Below are positions 1 through 13,276 of a stretch of DNA of 64,000 nt, in pieces. Positions within the stretch are counted from its first letter, which is position 1. Each line of letters starts with the position of its first letter. The position numbers and the translations under genes were made by a program. Origin of the DNA: Spizellomyces punctatus DAOM BR117 (lineage: Eukaryota); the NCBI GenBank assembly GCA_000182565.2, contig KQ257453.1; one strand, 5' to 3'. The notes beneath the pieces were generated by a model that was not told the DNA's origin, ran no database searches, and was given only the letters and a program-made list of their open reading frames with translations.

Positions 1-1692
1 GGATCAGCCCACTCCCACGCCTCATCAGCATCAATGGCGTCCTGAAATCGCCCCTTTGCAGCTGGACGCAAAAGTTAGGTTCATAGACGCTCCTCGGTGC
101 TCAAAATCGGCGCGAGCATACCTGCCAGCTCCATCGAAAGCCACTCTTGAAACCACTGAGGCTGTTCCGTGAACACGCTCACACACCCCTTCCACCCTGT
201 TCCAGAATCGCCATACAAATGAATCTCTCGCAATGCATTATCGAACGCCAAGGTTTCTTTTATCGTATGAGAGAGCAGTAACGGCTCACGTAGCAGCTTT
301 GGCGCGTCAACACGGAGCTTGTGAGTAACGGCAGCCACCATGCCTTCAATGAAAAGGTTCTGTATTGATACAATCGTTCATTCAAAGGCGAGGGGCTCAT
401 TAAATCACACTCCGAACGGCTACCTTGGCATCGTGACTCTTGAACCCATACTCTTCTAATAATTCTTGCACAGGTCCGCAGAGAAACGCGGAATGATCCC
501 TTATGGACGTCAGGACCCGTGTGAAGGCCCATTCTGGCTAAAAAGATAAAAAAAAAGACATTAAGGCGCTTGAACAGTAGCTGGAGAATCGTAGACTCCT
601 GAGACTTACCTTATCAAGACGATTTGTAGGTCGGCTACCTTCAAAGTGATACTTGAAATGCAGAACAGGTGCTTGAAGCATGACTTCAATGGGCGGTAGA
701 AAGTAGACATCGTTGTCACCAGCAGTATGACTGTCCACCAAACATATAGGGATCAGCACCAAGCACCCAGTAAACGGATGATCAACTCACTTACGGCGAA
801 CGGAGCAGTATAAGCTCCCCAAAAGCTTCCCGAAATGCAGCCAGACCTTCGTTACCGCCTAGAGGAATCTTGACAGCGTTGGGCCAGCCCAATGTATCGA
901 GGGCTTGCTCTAGCTTTCTATTGTCCACATAGATTAACCCATGTACCAAAAGATCAAACAAGTTGGATACCAACCTTGCCAGCTTCATCCTCAAGCGGGA
1001 GTGCAATCCATCAGTCACTTGTCTGATGTAATCAGTGAGGTTTGTGGTCATGTCGATTTTGAAGGTCATGCCGGCGACCTGACTTGAAGAGACTGCTGGC
1101 CCTCCATTATCTTTGTCGCGCAGGTCAGCCCACAAGGACCATAGCTCCTGGTACGCTGCCAGTGACTCTTTCATATTTCTGTCCATTTCCTGCTCAATGC
1201 GAGTGCTAAAATCGGTGAGATCAGTCGATTTTGGACGTGTCCATATGCGACTACATCACGGGGTTTACCTCAAATCCTCGACCTTTATGAGAAGATCTAT
1301 GTACTGTTTCGCCATTTTCAATCTCTGCAGTTTGGTTTGCACCGATATCAGGTAGGAAATGACAGTGTCATTCTTTGGCACCCGATCAAGTGTTTCAACA
1401 AGACGCAGTCGCCTCTCTCGCAATTTTTCCAATTCATCCTGCGTCTGCTTTGCTTGTGATATAATAGTTCTGATTTTGCGCGGGGCTGCTTCGGAATTTT
1501 GCAATGCCTTGAACGTATCGCAATCAGCATTCGCCGAGGGCTTTGCCGGGATAGTCCCTTGGAACTCACCTGTTCCTCAAGTAAAATTCGCTCCTCCTGC
1601 TTGTCCTTTAGATGTTGCGCTACATTTGATAATGATGCCAAAGTGGAATACTGCGTGTTGAGCAGGAGGATGACCTGCTCTTCCGGCAGCAT
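1..1692 (-). CDS. TIP20: RINT1/TIP20-family ER tethering protein; multi-exon, 3' end runs off the window
   Basis: Exon peptides MLPEEQVILLLNTQYSTL..., PVLHFKYHFEGSRPTNRLDK (conserved RINT1/Tip20 F.YHF.G.R.TNRLDK motif) and LLSHTIKETLAFDNALRE...W.QEWL; GT-AG introns link the ORF pieces. Confidence 0.85.
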
Positions 1693-2129
1693 CTGAGGCA
1701 CACGTTTCGCCTGGAGGGCACAGGCTCCTAATTCGCCTTCGATCCAAACATGTCAGGTCAAGACCAGTCCTGACCTGTGTTCACCTTCCAGTACCTCAAT
1801 ATCAGCTCGTACAATTCTGAACCCTAGTCCAATGCCTTTTGCAATGGTTCCCGTCCCGCTCGGTCAAAATGCAGAGATCTTCCTCCGACGATCGCCTTGC
1901 CGTCATCGGTTGGGTGCATTTAGCCGAATCCATTTACTTGGGAATTCATTAAATCCGGATGGAGTCGCAAGTTTTTCGTTTGACGGCTGCATTAGCAACT
2001 GGCCAATGTGCCGACAGATTCTCGCGCCCCAGTTGGGAAAGCAGAGGGACATTCCTGCATCCGTAACATCACCTCCTTTCCGGGCCTTTGACACTACAAC
2101 ACCTCAGGCAAGCCCACCTGACAGTCGTC

Positions 2130-4565
2130 ATGCTTCGTTTTGCGTCGAGGTCCGCGTCGGCAGTGCGAGGAAAGGCGGGCAGTGCATTCTCCGCACGAGG
2201 TTCGTGTCCATTTGCCGACCTGAAGGGATGATGGGATGGCGATGACACCATCTACGACACCAATGGGCTTATTCTCGTTTATTGCTGCTTCTTTTTTATT
2301 AGGTTCTCGTCAGTTCAGCCGGACACCGACTGCTCTTGCTGAGGTTGAGCTTTTCATTGATGGCAAGGCGGTGAAAATCGAGCAGGGGGCGGCCCTCATT
2401 CAAGCATGTGAAAAGGCTGGTGTGGATATTCCACGCTTCTGCTATCATGAGCGTCTTTCGGTAGCGGGTAACTGTCGAATGTGTCTCGTTGAGCTCGAAA
2501 AGTCTCCCAAGCCCGTTGCCTCCTGCGCTATGCCGGTTATGCCTGGCATGAAGGTGAAGACGGACACTCCTCTTGTGAAGAAGGCTCGCGAAGGTGTTAT
2601 GGAGTTTCTCCTCGCGAATCATCCGCTGGACTGTCCTATTTGCGATCAGGGTGGTGAATGTGATCTGCAGGATCAATCTGTACGATACGGATCTGACCGC
2701 AGTCGCTTTGGGGAATTTGCGGTGGGTAAGCGCGCTGTAGAGGACAAGAACCTCGGCCCTCTCGTCAAAACATGCATGACTCGATGCATTCACTGCACCC
2801 GTTGTGTTCGATTTGCCAACGAAGTGGCCGGCGCCGTTGAGATGGGTACATCAGGACGAGGAAATGATATGCAAATCGGCACATATATTGAAAAGACGAT
2901 CAATTCTGAGATGTCAGGCAACATTATTGACCTTTGCCCCGTTGGTGCGCTGACCTCGAAGCCTTATGAATTCACTTCCCGCCCGTGGGAATTGCGCAAG
3001 ACAGAGTCGATTGATGTCCTCGATGCTGTCGGTAGCAACATTCGCGTGGATTCTAGAGGCTTGGAAGTCATGAGAGTTCTGCCTCGTTTGAACGACGATG
3101 TGAACGAGGAATGGATTTCAGACAAAACAAGGTTTGCCTACGATGGTCTCAAGCGCCAGCGTCTCACTACTCCTATGATCCGCAAAGGCGATGACTTTGT
3201 TCCAGCAACATGGCCTGAAGCTCTTACCAAAATTGCAGACGCTATGGGAGCCGTGAAGGGAGACGAGATGGTGGCGATTGCGGGTCAACTTGCCGATGCG
3301 GAAAGTCTGGTTGCCTTGAAGGACTTGTTCAACCGCAAGGGGTCAGAGAACCTGCGTTTGGATGGACGCAACTCGGACAAACTCGCATACGGTGTTGCGG
3401 ATATCCGTAGCAACTACGTTATGAACAGCACTATTAACGGGGTGGAGGAAGCTGATGCTCTTCTATTGATTGGCACAAACCCACGCCATGAGGCGCCCAT
3501 CGTCAATACGCGTATTCGAAAAGCGTACCTCAACAACAACCTGGAAGTGGGTGTTGTTGGCGCTGCACCCGACCTCAACTATGAGTATGCACATGTGGGC
3601 TCTGACCCCGCCAGTTTGGAGAGTTTGATCAACGGAAAGCATTCCTTCTTTGAAAAGCTCAAGAGCGCTAAGCGTCCCTTGGTAATTGTTGGTAGTGGTG
3701 TGTTGGAGCGTGCTGACAGTGCGGCCATCCTGGGATCTGTGGCGACTTTGGTTGGCAAGCTCCAAAAGACTGCTGAGCCAGGGCACCAGATTTACAATGT
3801 TTTGCACAGGGTATGTCTTGTTTATTGGATTGCTGTTGATGTGGCGTGTGTGGTTAATAGCATCACTCGCTCACTATAGGCCGCCAGCTGGACCGCCGCT
3901 CTTGATATTGGTTTTACTCCCGCGGCTCAGACGGCGTCTGTCAAGCCTCGTTTCTTCTACCTCCTGAATGCTGATGATGTCCTCCCTACCGATATTTCCA
4001 AAGACGCATTTGTTGTGTACCAGGGCCACCACGGTGATAATGGGGCGTACTATGCCGACGTTATTCTCCCTGGTGCTGCCTACACTGAAAAGGCAGTGAC
4101 ATTTGTCAACACGGAAGGACGTACCCAAACGACTCGTGCCGCCGTTGCCCCCATTGCAGGCGCCCGAGAGGATTGGAAGATTCTGCGTGCTCTTTCTGAA
4201 TTGGCTGGAACAACCCTGCCTTACGATGATGTGCACGAGCTCAGACACCGCATGCAGCAAATCTCTCCCAGTTTGGTCAACTACGACCATGTGGAAAAGG
4301 GCACCTTTGTAGAATTGGGATTGTCACAGCTTGCCAAGAACAAGAAAGCTGCGAGTGGGGAGGCATTCGAATTGCCAATCAAGGACTTTTACATGACAGA
4401 CCCCATTTCTCGAGCGTCTGTCACCATGGCCAAGTGCTCTCAGGTATGTTATTGGCCAGCAAATATACTGTTTGGATGTAATATTTAAATGATTCTTTAC
4501 AGGTGTTTACCTATGGGAAGGAGGAGGCAAGTGCCTACAACAAGGCAAAACAAGAAGCTGCATGA
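2130..4565 (+). CDS. NDUFS1: Mitochondrial NADH:ubiquinone oxidoreductase 75/78 kDa Fe-S subunit (4 exons)
   Basis: Arg/Ser-rich presequence [15 protein letters not shown]; Fe-S motifs [55 protein letters not shown]-terminal [18 protein letters not shown]. Confidence 0.97.
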
Positions 4566-5150
4566 AAAAGAAAAGTTGTTTAATTAGAGATCATGGGCAG
4601 CTGGACATGGAGTCATGCCAATTGCTCAAAGTGTGTGGCGGGGGGGGGAGGGAATTGTAGTTTCTCATTTGATATACCTTGTTCTTTTGCTCCAAAAAAT
4701 GTTTTCCTCCTACGTCTTTCGTCCTCGTATCGCAATGGCGACTACATGATTACGCAATTCCTGAGTAAGCATGTGTCAGATGTGCGATCCTTGCCCCTGG
4801 TAGTGCCCTGAAGAACAAACCCTTTATTAGGGACACCACCACACAGCGGTTTGGATTTAATATATTTGTAATGTCTTCCATTGTGTGTTCGTTGTGGTTG
4901 CATTCATTCAACGCACTATTTCATAGCAATAGCTACGGCGGTATGGCCATGCCATCAAACCTGGTTTAACGTATGCGCTGCTGCTGTGTTTCTGCATGCG
5001 TTATCTGTCCCATCATATATTCGATACTAGTTGTACCAGTCCAACGGCATTGGCCCACACCAAAGAACTTGGGGAATCAGGCGGATGCCTGAACCGTAGA
5101 AAGGCCAAAAAAGAACGGGACCGCAGGGACTATAGTTCTTCAAGTAGGAG

Positions 5151-5156
5151 TATAAA
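5151..5156 (+). promoter_or_regulatory. TATA box upstream of the small secreted Cys-rich gene
   Basis: TATAAA ~100 nt upstream of ATG 5249. Confidence 0.4.
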
Positions 5157-5248
5157 GGAGAAGCCATGGATTCACTCGCACTTTATTACAGCACGGAAAC
5201 GACCTAAAACCTGCTAAATTGCACCCATAAATTCATTACATGTACACG

Positions 5249-5544
5249 ATGAAGTTCTTTTTCCTTGTCCTCGCTCTCGTCTTCTTGGTTATTACTCAAT
5301 GTATGAAAGTTACCATTGATTACTTTGCGAGTAACTCTCATACTAACTTTATGCTGCAGTGACAACTGTAAGTGCCGACTGCGTCATCAGTTCTTGTCAA
5401 GCTAATCCCCAGTGCGACGCAGGCAAGAAGGAGGTCGCATGCCGAAATTCAATAGGGAGATCAGTATTTGGATGCACTGCGGTTTCATCGAGAGTGATGT
5501 GCTGCAACCAAGGCGAGTGCAGTAAGATCAAAATCGAAGCGTAA
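5249..5544 (+). CDS. Small secreted cysteine-rich protein, 78 aa, 2 exons (5249-5300, 5360-5544)
   Basis: Signal peptide MKFFFLVLALVFLVITQLTTVSA; intron GTATGA...TACTAAC...GCAG in compatible phase; mature peptide has 8 Cys. Confidence 0.8.
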
Positions 5545-5881
5545 AATGGGAGGACCGCATCATTGTTGATTGCAGAAACAAAGAATTATCAAATGTAAAT
5601 TGTATTAGAAAATAGCGAGTACGATAGCAGACTTTAAAATGTACAAAATGCATGCATGTAGAAAGTTGAAATAAATGATGACTGTGCCCCATTGTGCCAC
5701 TATAATTGGACCAATCAGAATCAATGGTTCCACTCGCGTGACCCTCGCCATCGATTTCCACACAAAGGGCTTGTTTTGGAGGAGTTTTGTTTGTGGCTTC
5801 CTCCTTTGGTGGCAGGAAGATAAAAAGGGGCTGCTGGAAATCCATCTTCCAAAAGCATTTTCGGCATTGAATCATCACAGC

Positions 5882-6193
5882 ATGCACCACAACACTCACA
5901 CGTCCCACGCACACATTGAACACACTGACGCTCACACGGTCTCGACACCTGCACTTCCCATTCCCATTCCTGCACGGCGACACTCGGTCGCTTCGGTAGC
6001 TTCGTCAGCGTCTTCCCTCGACGACCGATCCGGTAGTACATTCCCTTCTCGGCGCGGGTCTCTGTTGGAACACTTTCGTCGCTCCTTCTCCTTGTCTAGC
6101 AACACTGGTCAGCTTGGAACTGGATCTGGCAACACTGGGGCGCCAGCAAACAAGTATCCTGCCGAGTTTGGAGTCTGGGCTGCCATGCATTGA
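5882..6193 (+). CDS. Small disordered Ser/His-rich protein with RRxS motifs, function unknown
   Basis: ATG 5882 inside ORF 5675-6193; RRHS, RRGS and RRSFS motifs; ends with PAEFGVWAAMH. Confidence 0.5.
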   Translation: MHHNTHTSHAHIEHTDAHTVSTPALPIPIPARRHSVASVASSASSLDDRSGSTFPSRRGSLLEHFRRSFSLSSNTGQLGTGSGNTGAPANKYPAEFGVWAAMH

Positions 6194-6293
6194 TGCCATT
6201 GTCATGAGGCTTGTGTGGTGAACGCCGGTCGTTCTGTCGTTTTGTATTGTGGATTCCCTGCCATTTTTCTCAACTTGTATATAGTGTTTTGTA

Positions 6294-6294
<1 letters not shown>

Positions 6295-6330
<36 letters not shown>
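6295..6330 (+). repeat. (GTT)12 microsatellite
   Basis: Twelve perfect GTT units. Confidence 0.97.
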
Positions 6331-7909
6331 GGACTGGTTATTAGTGTGATCAAGCAATTGGTTTGGCATTTGGGCACTATTATTTGTTCAAAAATTAGGA
6401 AACCCTACAAAAAAATGTATGAAAAAAACATTTATTCCAAAGATTCACTTGTGCATTTCTAATAGCGATCCCAATGTCAATCGTTTACGGACAAAGACGA
6501 TCCATTCCGCTTGTGCTCGGGTATGGAGAATTCGTACCTTTGCTCATCCTGCAATTCATACTACACTGACTGTTCTCACAACTGTGCTTATATGCGGGAT
6601 TGTTTCCATCTTGCATGGTATGCATCTTCACGAATCTTTAAAGAAGATGTGCCCAGATTGATGATCTTGGGCATGTGGGAGTGCACATGTGCAGCTGTTG
6701 TTAGCCATTTCGGTTTAGATTGCCGAATGCCTCTCGTGGCATAATCCCGCTTGGGACAAGGGTGATGGTTTGGGTGCGCCGACCATGTATTAATTTGCAA
6801 GTACGTGGATGAACGTTTGGTGTCATCACGCTGATTTCCGGACAGACAAGTGTAGGGTTCCTTGCACGCACAGCTGTTCCCGGATTTGACACCCCGACGT
6901 CCATTCGGAAGCACAGCTCCACCGTCGGTAATATCATTGCTGATCTTGACTCGATATTTACCGTTTACATCCTCCTCCCAGATATCGTCCTTTTTTTTAT
7001 CTAAGCTACCAATCGATTCCTAAAGGACTGGTAGCAATGTTACCTCTGCATAGGAAAGCCTTTGGCGCAATGGCAGGTCTGGTCTCTGTTAGCTGGATCA
7101 ATGTCATCCTTTTCATGAGCACAAGGGCCCCAACAGCCGCTACACATCACCTACTCGGCATGCTGCTCACTCGAAGCGTGCATTCCCTTTCGGCACCGTC
7201 CACCCTTGTATGCCTGGTGTCCATCAAGGTTCTCTTGAAGGGGACCGGTTCCGAAAGGGCGCGGACGAAAATGCCTAGAATTCTGAGTAGAGTTTCAGTT
7301 GGAGGCAAGCCCTCGAGCACATCACACTTGCATGCGAAAGGGCGGTCATCGCGCTCGCCCTCCAGTACCAACGAGACCGTTGACCACAAAAGATGCCAAT
7401 TGTTAACTACAACATCCCGATGGACTCGATGAAGTTGCAAGAGCCCTTCAACACCATGCTGCGTATGCAATCCAAGTTCTGAAAAGTGACTCGGAGCGGT
7501 TCAATGAGGAATTGAAGTATTGCTCTTGCAAAATCCGCAGATTATCGTTCAGCGCCTCGTGATAGAATGTGCTCGCTGGCAAAGCGGAGCGCCGACCACG
7601 GGAGAACTAGCAGGAAGCCCGGGCACATCCCCAAAATAAAACAGCCATTCTTGCTTGTCTTTGCATTAAGCACTCTATACGTCACTCTTCAATCTCGACG
7701 CTCCTATGCAGTCGAGCAAGTTAGTTTGCCGTGACATTGGGGCAAATGTCGTCAAGATGCCCGTGGTCAATGAGACAAGGACGAAAAGGTGATCTGAGGG
7801 CGAGGAAGTCATCCATTGGAGTGCATTCCATCCAGCATGGTGTAATCGTCTCGCCCAAGTCGCTGTTGGCGAAATTCAAATCACTGTGAGCGCTTGTACA
7901 TTTCTGCAA

Positions 7910-9488
7910 ATGCCACTCTTTTCAGCGTCACAAAGAGCCTCGTCTGCCCGGACGTCAAACGCCCATTCTGGGTCCCTGAGCAATCTTGTACATCGCGTGT
8001 TGGTCAACACGGCAAAAGAGCAGGATCGCCAAGAACAGCAGCCGCCATCCCCGCCGTTAAACTTGGTCACAACCACTCCGTGGAATGCCACTAGGCTTAT
8101 TGTCCGACTTGGGCCGGTGGTTGAAACATATGAAAATTTGGAGGCGGTGGTGCGGTGGAAGGACCCAGTCAAGACCGTTATCTGGATGATCGCTTGGTGT
8201 GCGCTGTGTAAGGGGCCTTTCCGCTTTACTCTCAATGTTGGGACAGAATTATAAACGTCATGGTCGTTCTACCACTAGGCTACTATCCTACACTCCTCTG
8301 CATTTCCCCCAACCTCTTCATCATCGTCATAATCTTGCGCAACTTTTACCGAAGGCAACGTGAGGACCAAGATAACCCACCACCTACGCCACCACCCGTC
8401 ACAAGCTGGTCGACAAGTATCGCTGTCGGTTCAGAACCTTACTTGAAAAATATGCAGGTAGGTTAAGTGCTGCTTGTGTTTTTGCTTGCGCACCATGAAT
8501 CGACCGCTCAATTTGAAAAGCTTTCGATCCAATGCAGTTTCTGCAAAATGTCATGACGGTGGTATGTCAATCCGAGCACTTGTGTGTTTAAGATTTTCAA
8601 GCGGAGTATTGGACTGACTTTTAGTAATATGTTAGTATTGTGACGCATATGACAAGATCGTTGGTTTCCTCAAGGATTTGACGTGGACAGATACTGAGAC
8701 GACATCTAGCCTTCTACAGTACGCCCTTGCATCCATACCTCTGACATGGCTAGTCTACTTTACGGTTCCTTTCAACTACCTCCTGATCTTTGGCGGTCTA
8801 TTGATGTTTCTGCACACCACGACGCAGTTCCGTGCTGTGCACATCGCGTGGTTGCCCGTGATGGTCCTTGCAGTGATCAAGCGCTATTTGACTACGCTGC
8901 TTGAGGCACTCAGGGGCCTAGAACCATTTCCTCCCCTGAATAAAGACAATGGAATGGTACGCGAGACAGACAAAGTACCTTCTGTAACAGAGGTCCCAGT
9001 AACGGTAGCAGTGTTTGAAAATCAGAGATGGTGGGCTGGTATGCGATCGCTTACAGGAATGCTTCATCTTTTATGATACCAGTCACTTATGATCTCTGTG
9101 CGCAGGTCCCGGTTGGATTCCGCACTTACTACCTACGGAGCGACCACCATGGAGTGATAGTACCGGTAAAATTGTCTGTCCGACTCTTGCCGACCACAAG
9201 TTACCTGGTCCAGGTTGGGCATGGGCAGATCTAGACTGGAAAGTGGATGCTGATTGGATGCCAACGGACACGGAAGGCTGGGTATACAGGTACATTCTCC
9301 CATTTTCATTCTCAATGGGTTCAGTTGCTCATGTCATTGGCTGTTTCCTCATTTTCAGTGATCACAACTGGCTTCATCCATCAGGGCAACCGGGACTGGT
9401 ATCACTAACGCGACGTCGTCGGTGGGTCAGGTCCATGCATCCGCCGATTGGTGGCATGGCAACAGGACAGGGAGCAGGATCAAAATAA
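7910..9488 (+). CDS. Pex23/Pex24/Pex30-family peroxisomal/ER membrane protein with DysF domain, multi-exon
   Basis: Hydrophobic segments after RWKDPVKT and TWTDTETT; DysF motifs VFENQRWWAG, TDTEGWVY-SDHNW and LTRRRRWVR. Confidence 0.85.
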
Positions 9489-9579
9489 TGCATCTATTCA
9501 CCGAAGCGCAAAATATATGTTATTTGCATGTTAAAAAAGTTTCAATGACTAACTGGCCCCGAGCGCCAGCGCTTTTCCA

Positions 9580-11307
9580 CTATTCTCTGGTGACAATCCT
9601 TTTCTTCCCGTGACGGTCAATCATGACAACATCCTCAATCCGAACACCGCCCACGTCTACAAATTCCTCCACCCTATCCCAGTTCACAAACCGCCCAATT
9701 CCTTCCGTGTCTTGCTTAATCTGCTTCCAAAGCTCTGGAATAAAGTAAACACCTGGCTCGATAGTCATCACATGTCCAGGAAAGATTTTGTAATTTGCTG
9801 GGGGATCCGAAAGGGTAACGAACCACGGCAACGATGCCGGATATCCACCTGATACAAGGGATGAGGCTGTCATCAAACGGTGCACTTGCGGCGTAGGATC
9901 GTGCACGTCAAGACCTAAATTTCCATCCGGTTAAAAAGCGCCGACCAAAGTAAAGGAACTCAGACATTCGCTTACCAACTGGGTGCCCAAGGCCATGCGG
10001 CATAAAGATATAATCTGCCCGTTCGTTCACCAATTCCTCAATGTCTACTCCCTCTTTGAAAAACCGGTGTTGGACTAACTCTTTGAGCAGAGTTCTAGTC
10101 GCAACTTTGTTTATCTCTGCCAGCTCCACTCCGAGCTCATATGTCTCAATCGCCTTTCGCTGCGTCTTTTCCACAATCGCGTGTACCAATGTCATTTTCT
10201 TTGACCACTTGCCACGCCGTGGGTAGGTGCGCGTCATGTCACTGGCGTATCCTTGGTATTCACCAGCTGCATCAATGAGGACAAAATTTGGTGAGTCAAT
10301 GCTGGCGTAGCCAGTCGTTTCGTTTTCCCCGGTGCGGTAGTGAAGAATGGAGGCGTGGCGTCCGGCACCCACAATTGGCGAGTAGGCCTGTAATCTTGAT
10401 CCACAGAGGGACGACAGGTGCGCAAAGAGGGAGGCGAGGGTGATCTCTGGAATAGAGATAGCGGAGGTGATTATCATAAACCGGACAATGATTTTGGCAG
10501 CTACCAACCATTGAGGTGCTTGCTATTGCGAATACTCTTTTCCATCTCCCCGTGCACCCATCGTGCCACACGACTTGCGTAGGCAATGGCCTCCAGTTCA
10601 TCCTGGCTTTTGACAAATCGGGCCTCTTGCAACGCTCCTTTGAGTTCTTCACTTTCAACTATTGAGGTGCCTTCCGGAACACGGCCCAAGGCACGAGCGA
10701 CACCGTGCTTTGACGTTGTTATCACTGTCCGATTCCTGACGTACGACGCAAACTCGGACATCTTCTTGGCTCTCAAGACGCCAAATTCGTTTCGCAGTAT
10801 GGTGTCGTCTGGGAATCCTCCTGAAAAGACGAGTTCCCGCTGCGTTTGGTTAGGGAAAAAAACTGTCACCTCCAGGTCGCTCTTGTCCGCATTGGCTTCG
10901 AGCACCAACAAGGCGTCTGACACTGAAAACTCGCCCATTATGTACATGACGTTTCCAGAGGGACGCCAAGCGACCATCTCCATATCGCTATTGTCCCGCC
11001 CAGGTCGCGATCCTGTGGGAATGGCGATCAGCGTCGCATTGGAGTCGCCATATGATGGAACAGCTACACCGAGGACATGGTGCAGTCGAGCGCGATTTTC
11101 AATAAACCGGGTAGTTGGCGGTGGGGGATTCAAAGGACATTTCGTTGGGAAAGCAGAGTTTGTTTCAAATTGAAACTGGTGAACACATGAGATGACAAAC
11201 ACCGCAGCGACCGCCAAAGCGATCCTCCAATATAATTTGTGGTGACGGGCCTTTGGCTCCTTGTACAGTACGGTCGGGGTTTGCTCACAAGAAGGTTTTG
11301 AGTCCAT
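9580..11307 (-). CDS. Xaa-Pro aminopeptidase/prolidase (M24B) with N-terminal transmembrane anchor, 3 exons
   Basis: Metal ligand motifs LIDAAGEYQGYASDMTRT, HGLGHPVG/LDVHD, TIEPGVYF and GGVRIEDVV; hydrophobic IALAVAAVFVISCV near the N-terminus. Confidence 0.9.
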
Positions 11308-13276
11308 GAGATGCAATAAATGAGGTTGATCTGGGCGAACTGAACAGTTCTTGTCGGTTGAGGGAGATTGTCACGTGTGCGCAGGATTTAAAGGCTTCCA
11401 GCGAGCTCCCCTCCATCTCTACTCATCTTTATTGAAGATGTGGGACTTCTCAGGATTCCAGATCGTAGCCAGCGTGCCAGAAAGCTCCTCCTTTGCGGCT
11501 CCGTAGCAGACGGTCGGGTACGCCGCTCCAATCTCTGCAGGTTGCTCGATCTAACGTACGATTATCGTAGCTCACGATGGTGTGGGGCTTATATTGCTGA
11601 CGTAAGCGATCGAGACTGCTTGCTTGCCATTCCTACGCACCAGCCGTAGAGTGTGCGATGCCTAATCCTGTTCCATTCAAGAGATGTATAGCACATTACA
11701 ATCATTTCTTTTCTAGGCTTTGAGTGACAACCTAGAATTGGGGGCATTTCCAGTTAGCTTCCACCACTCTGCAATTCATCACCTAACAAAAGGTTCTACC
11801 GCTCCGCATTGTGGGTTCCTCCAAAGGGAAGATCATTTGCATTTCTACACATATGTCGTTGACTTACCCTAACCCCACTACGATCAAAGACGGTTTGCAA
11901 AGCCGTTAATTGGAGACATCAGTCGCGTCCGCCTCTAAAGGAGAAAAACATCGCTGCTGCTTCAGCTTTTGCTTCTTTAAATGTTTTTGTGGAGCATCCT
12001 TCAAAGGACCTCAAGTAGACCGTATTCCTCAACACCGTCCATTCCCAGCCGTTCATGTGCTCGCAAAATTGAGAGTACGAAATAAACCTTCTCAATGGCG
12101 TCCACGGTCTCTGCAATGAGAGCGAGCTCGCACGATACCGAATGCGATGGCTCGCAGCAGCTTCCCTATGGACCTCTCTGGAAACAAGACTGCCCCTCGT
12201 CGGGGCGATGACTCAATTCCGAACAACTGGGATATCACTCATTAGCGGTGACCCGGAACCGATGGTTTATGTGATACAACCCACGTTATCCCACTCGTCC
12301 ATGGTTTTTGCCCTCAATTACGATGCGCATCAGGGACTGCAAGAATCGTTAGCAGCGGAGACAAATCAAAATATTCATTTGACGGCAAGGCCGCCGATAT
12401 CGACGCTCAAGGATCATCCGATTACGTTTGCGCTGAACATGACGCTCCTTTTGTCACAAGAAGTGTTGGTACGCTCGCGCAAACTAAGGGAAAAGGGCTG
12501 CGTATCGTCGTGTATGCCAAGAGGTACTCGTATCCTGTCTTACGGTATGGTACGCTGGTCTCGCTGCGCTAGGTCATTTGGACAAAAGGCGAATGTCCTG
12601 TATCAAATTTTAAGCCATCAACGACGACATGCAACCGTTCAAGCTGATCGCTGTCAGGCCATCTTAGCGCACATGTTACATATAATTGCCCACGGTTCTT
12701 ATTAATGCATCCGGCGCCCCGCTGTCATCGAGAAAAAAGGACTCATGAAGCTCCGAGACGACAGTTCCCGTTTGCTTTGCCTTCCCAAAATAGAAGGTCT
12801 GACGAGAACGCAGAGGAAGCATTTGAGGAAACCCAAGTCAAAGCGCTGGATCTTGACGTATTTAGAAACCAATGAATTGTATCATTTTGGACCTCTTCTT
12901 GAAGATCATTGGGGCTTATTGGCACCAGTGTGTTGCAAACAAATGGCTTTGATCGTTGCAGCATATCAGCAGTTGCTAAACAGCGTTAGATAAAGAATTG
13001 GTATCGAATGGCAGATGCACAGTAGGGTGCTTTACAGCCTCTTTGTCTAACAGCCAAGGACAAGTCCCCAAAGTCTGGCTCTCCAAAAGTAATCAGATGA
13101 AGCTCTCTTTCGTGGAGCTCAGCGACATAGCCCCGAGCCTTCCCACCCAAAGCTGCCAGTAGCACTAGAACGTGTTAAATAGAAAGCCAGTATTCAGCGA
13201 TCGAATGCCCTTTCCCAGGTATTAGGCTCAAAATGATATTCGGCCTGCATCAGAGCTCTAGTCAAAATCTAAGCCT

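Noticed and set aside
6211-6462. ORF with a poly-valine run
   Set aside because: Artefact of the (GTT)12 microsatellite
6400-7800. Short ORFs on both strands between the microsatellite and the peroxin gene
   Set aside because: No recognisable motifs or coherent splice model; may be a decayed gene but this cannot be supported
10586-11173. Long antisense ORFs (also 20990-21571, 30124-30675, 2299-2793)
   Set aside because: Shadows of real genes on the opposite strand
12142-12705. 187-aa ORF in the 11.4-13.2 kb intergenic gap
   Set aside because: No family motifs and atypical composition; cannot be called a gene
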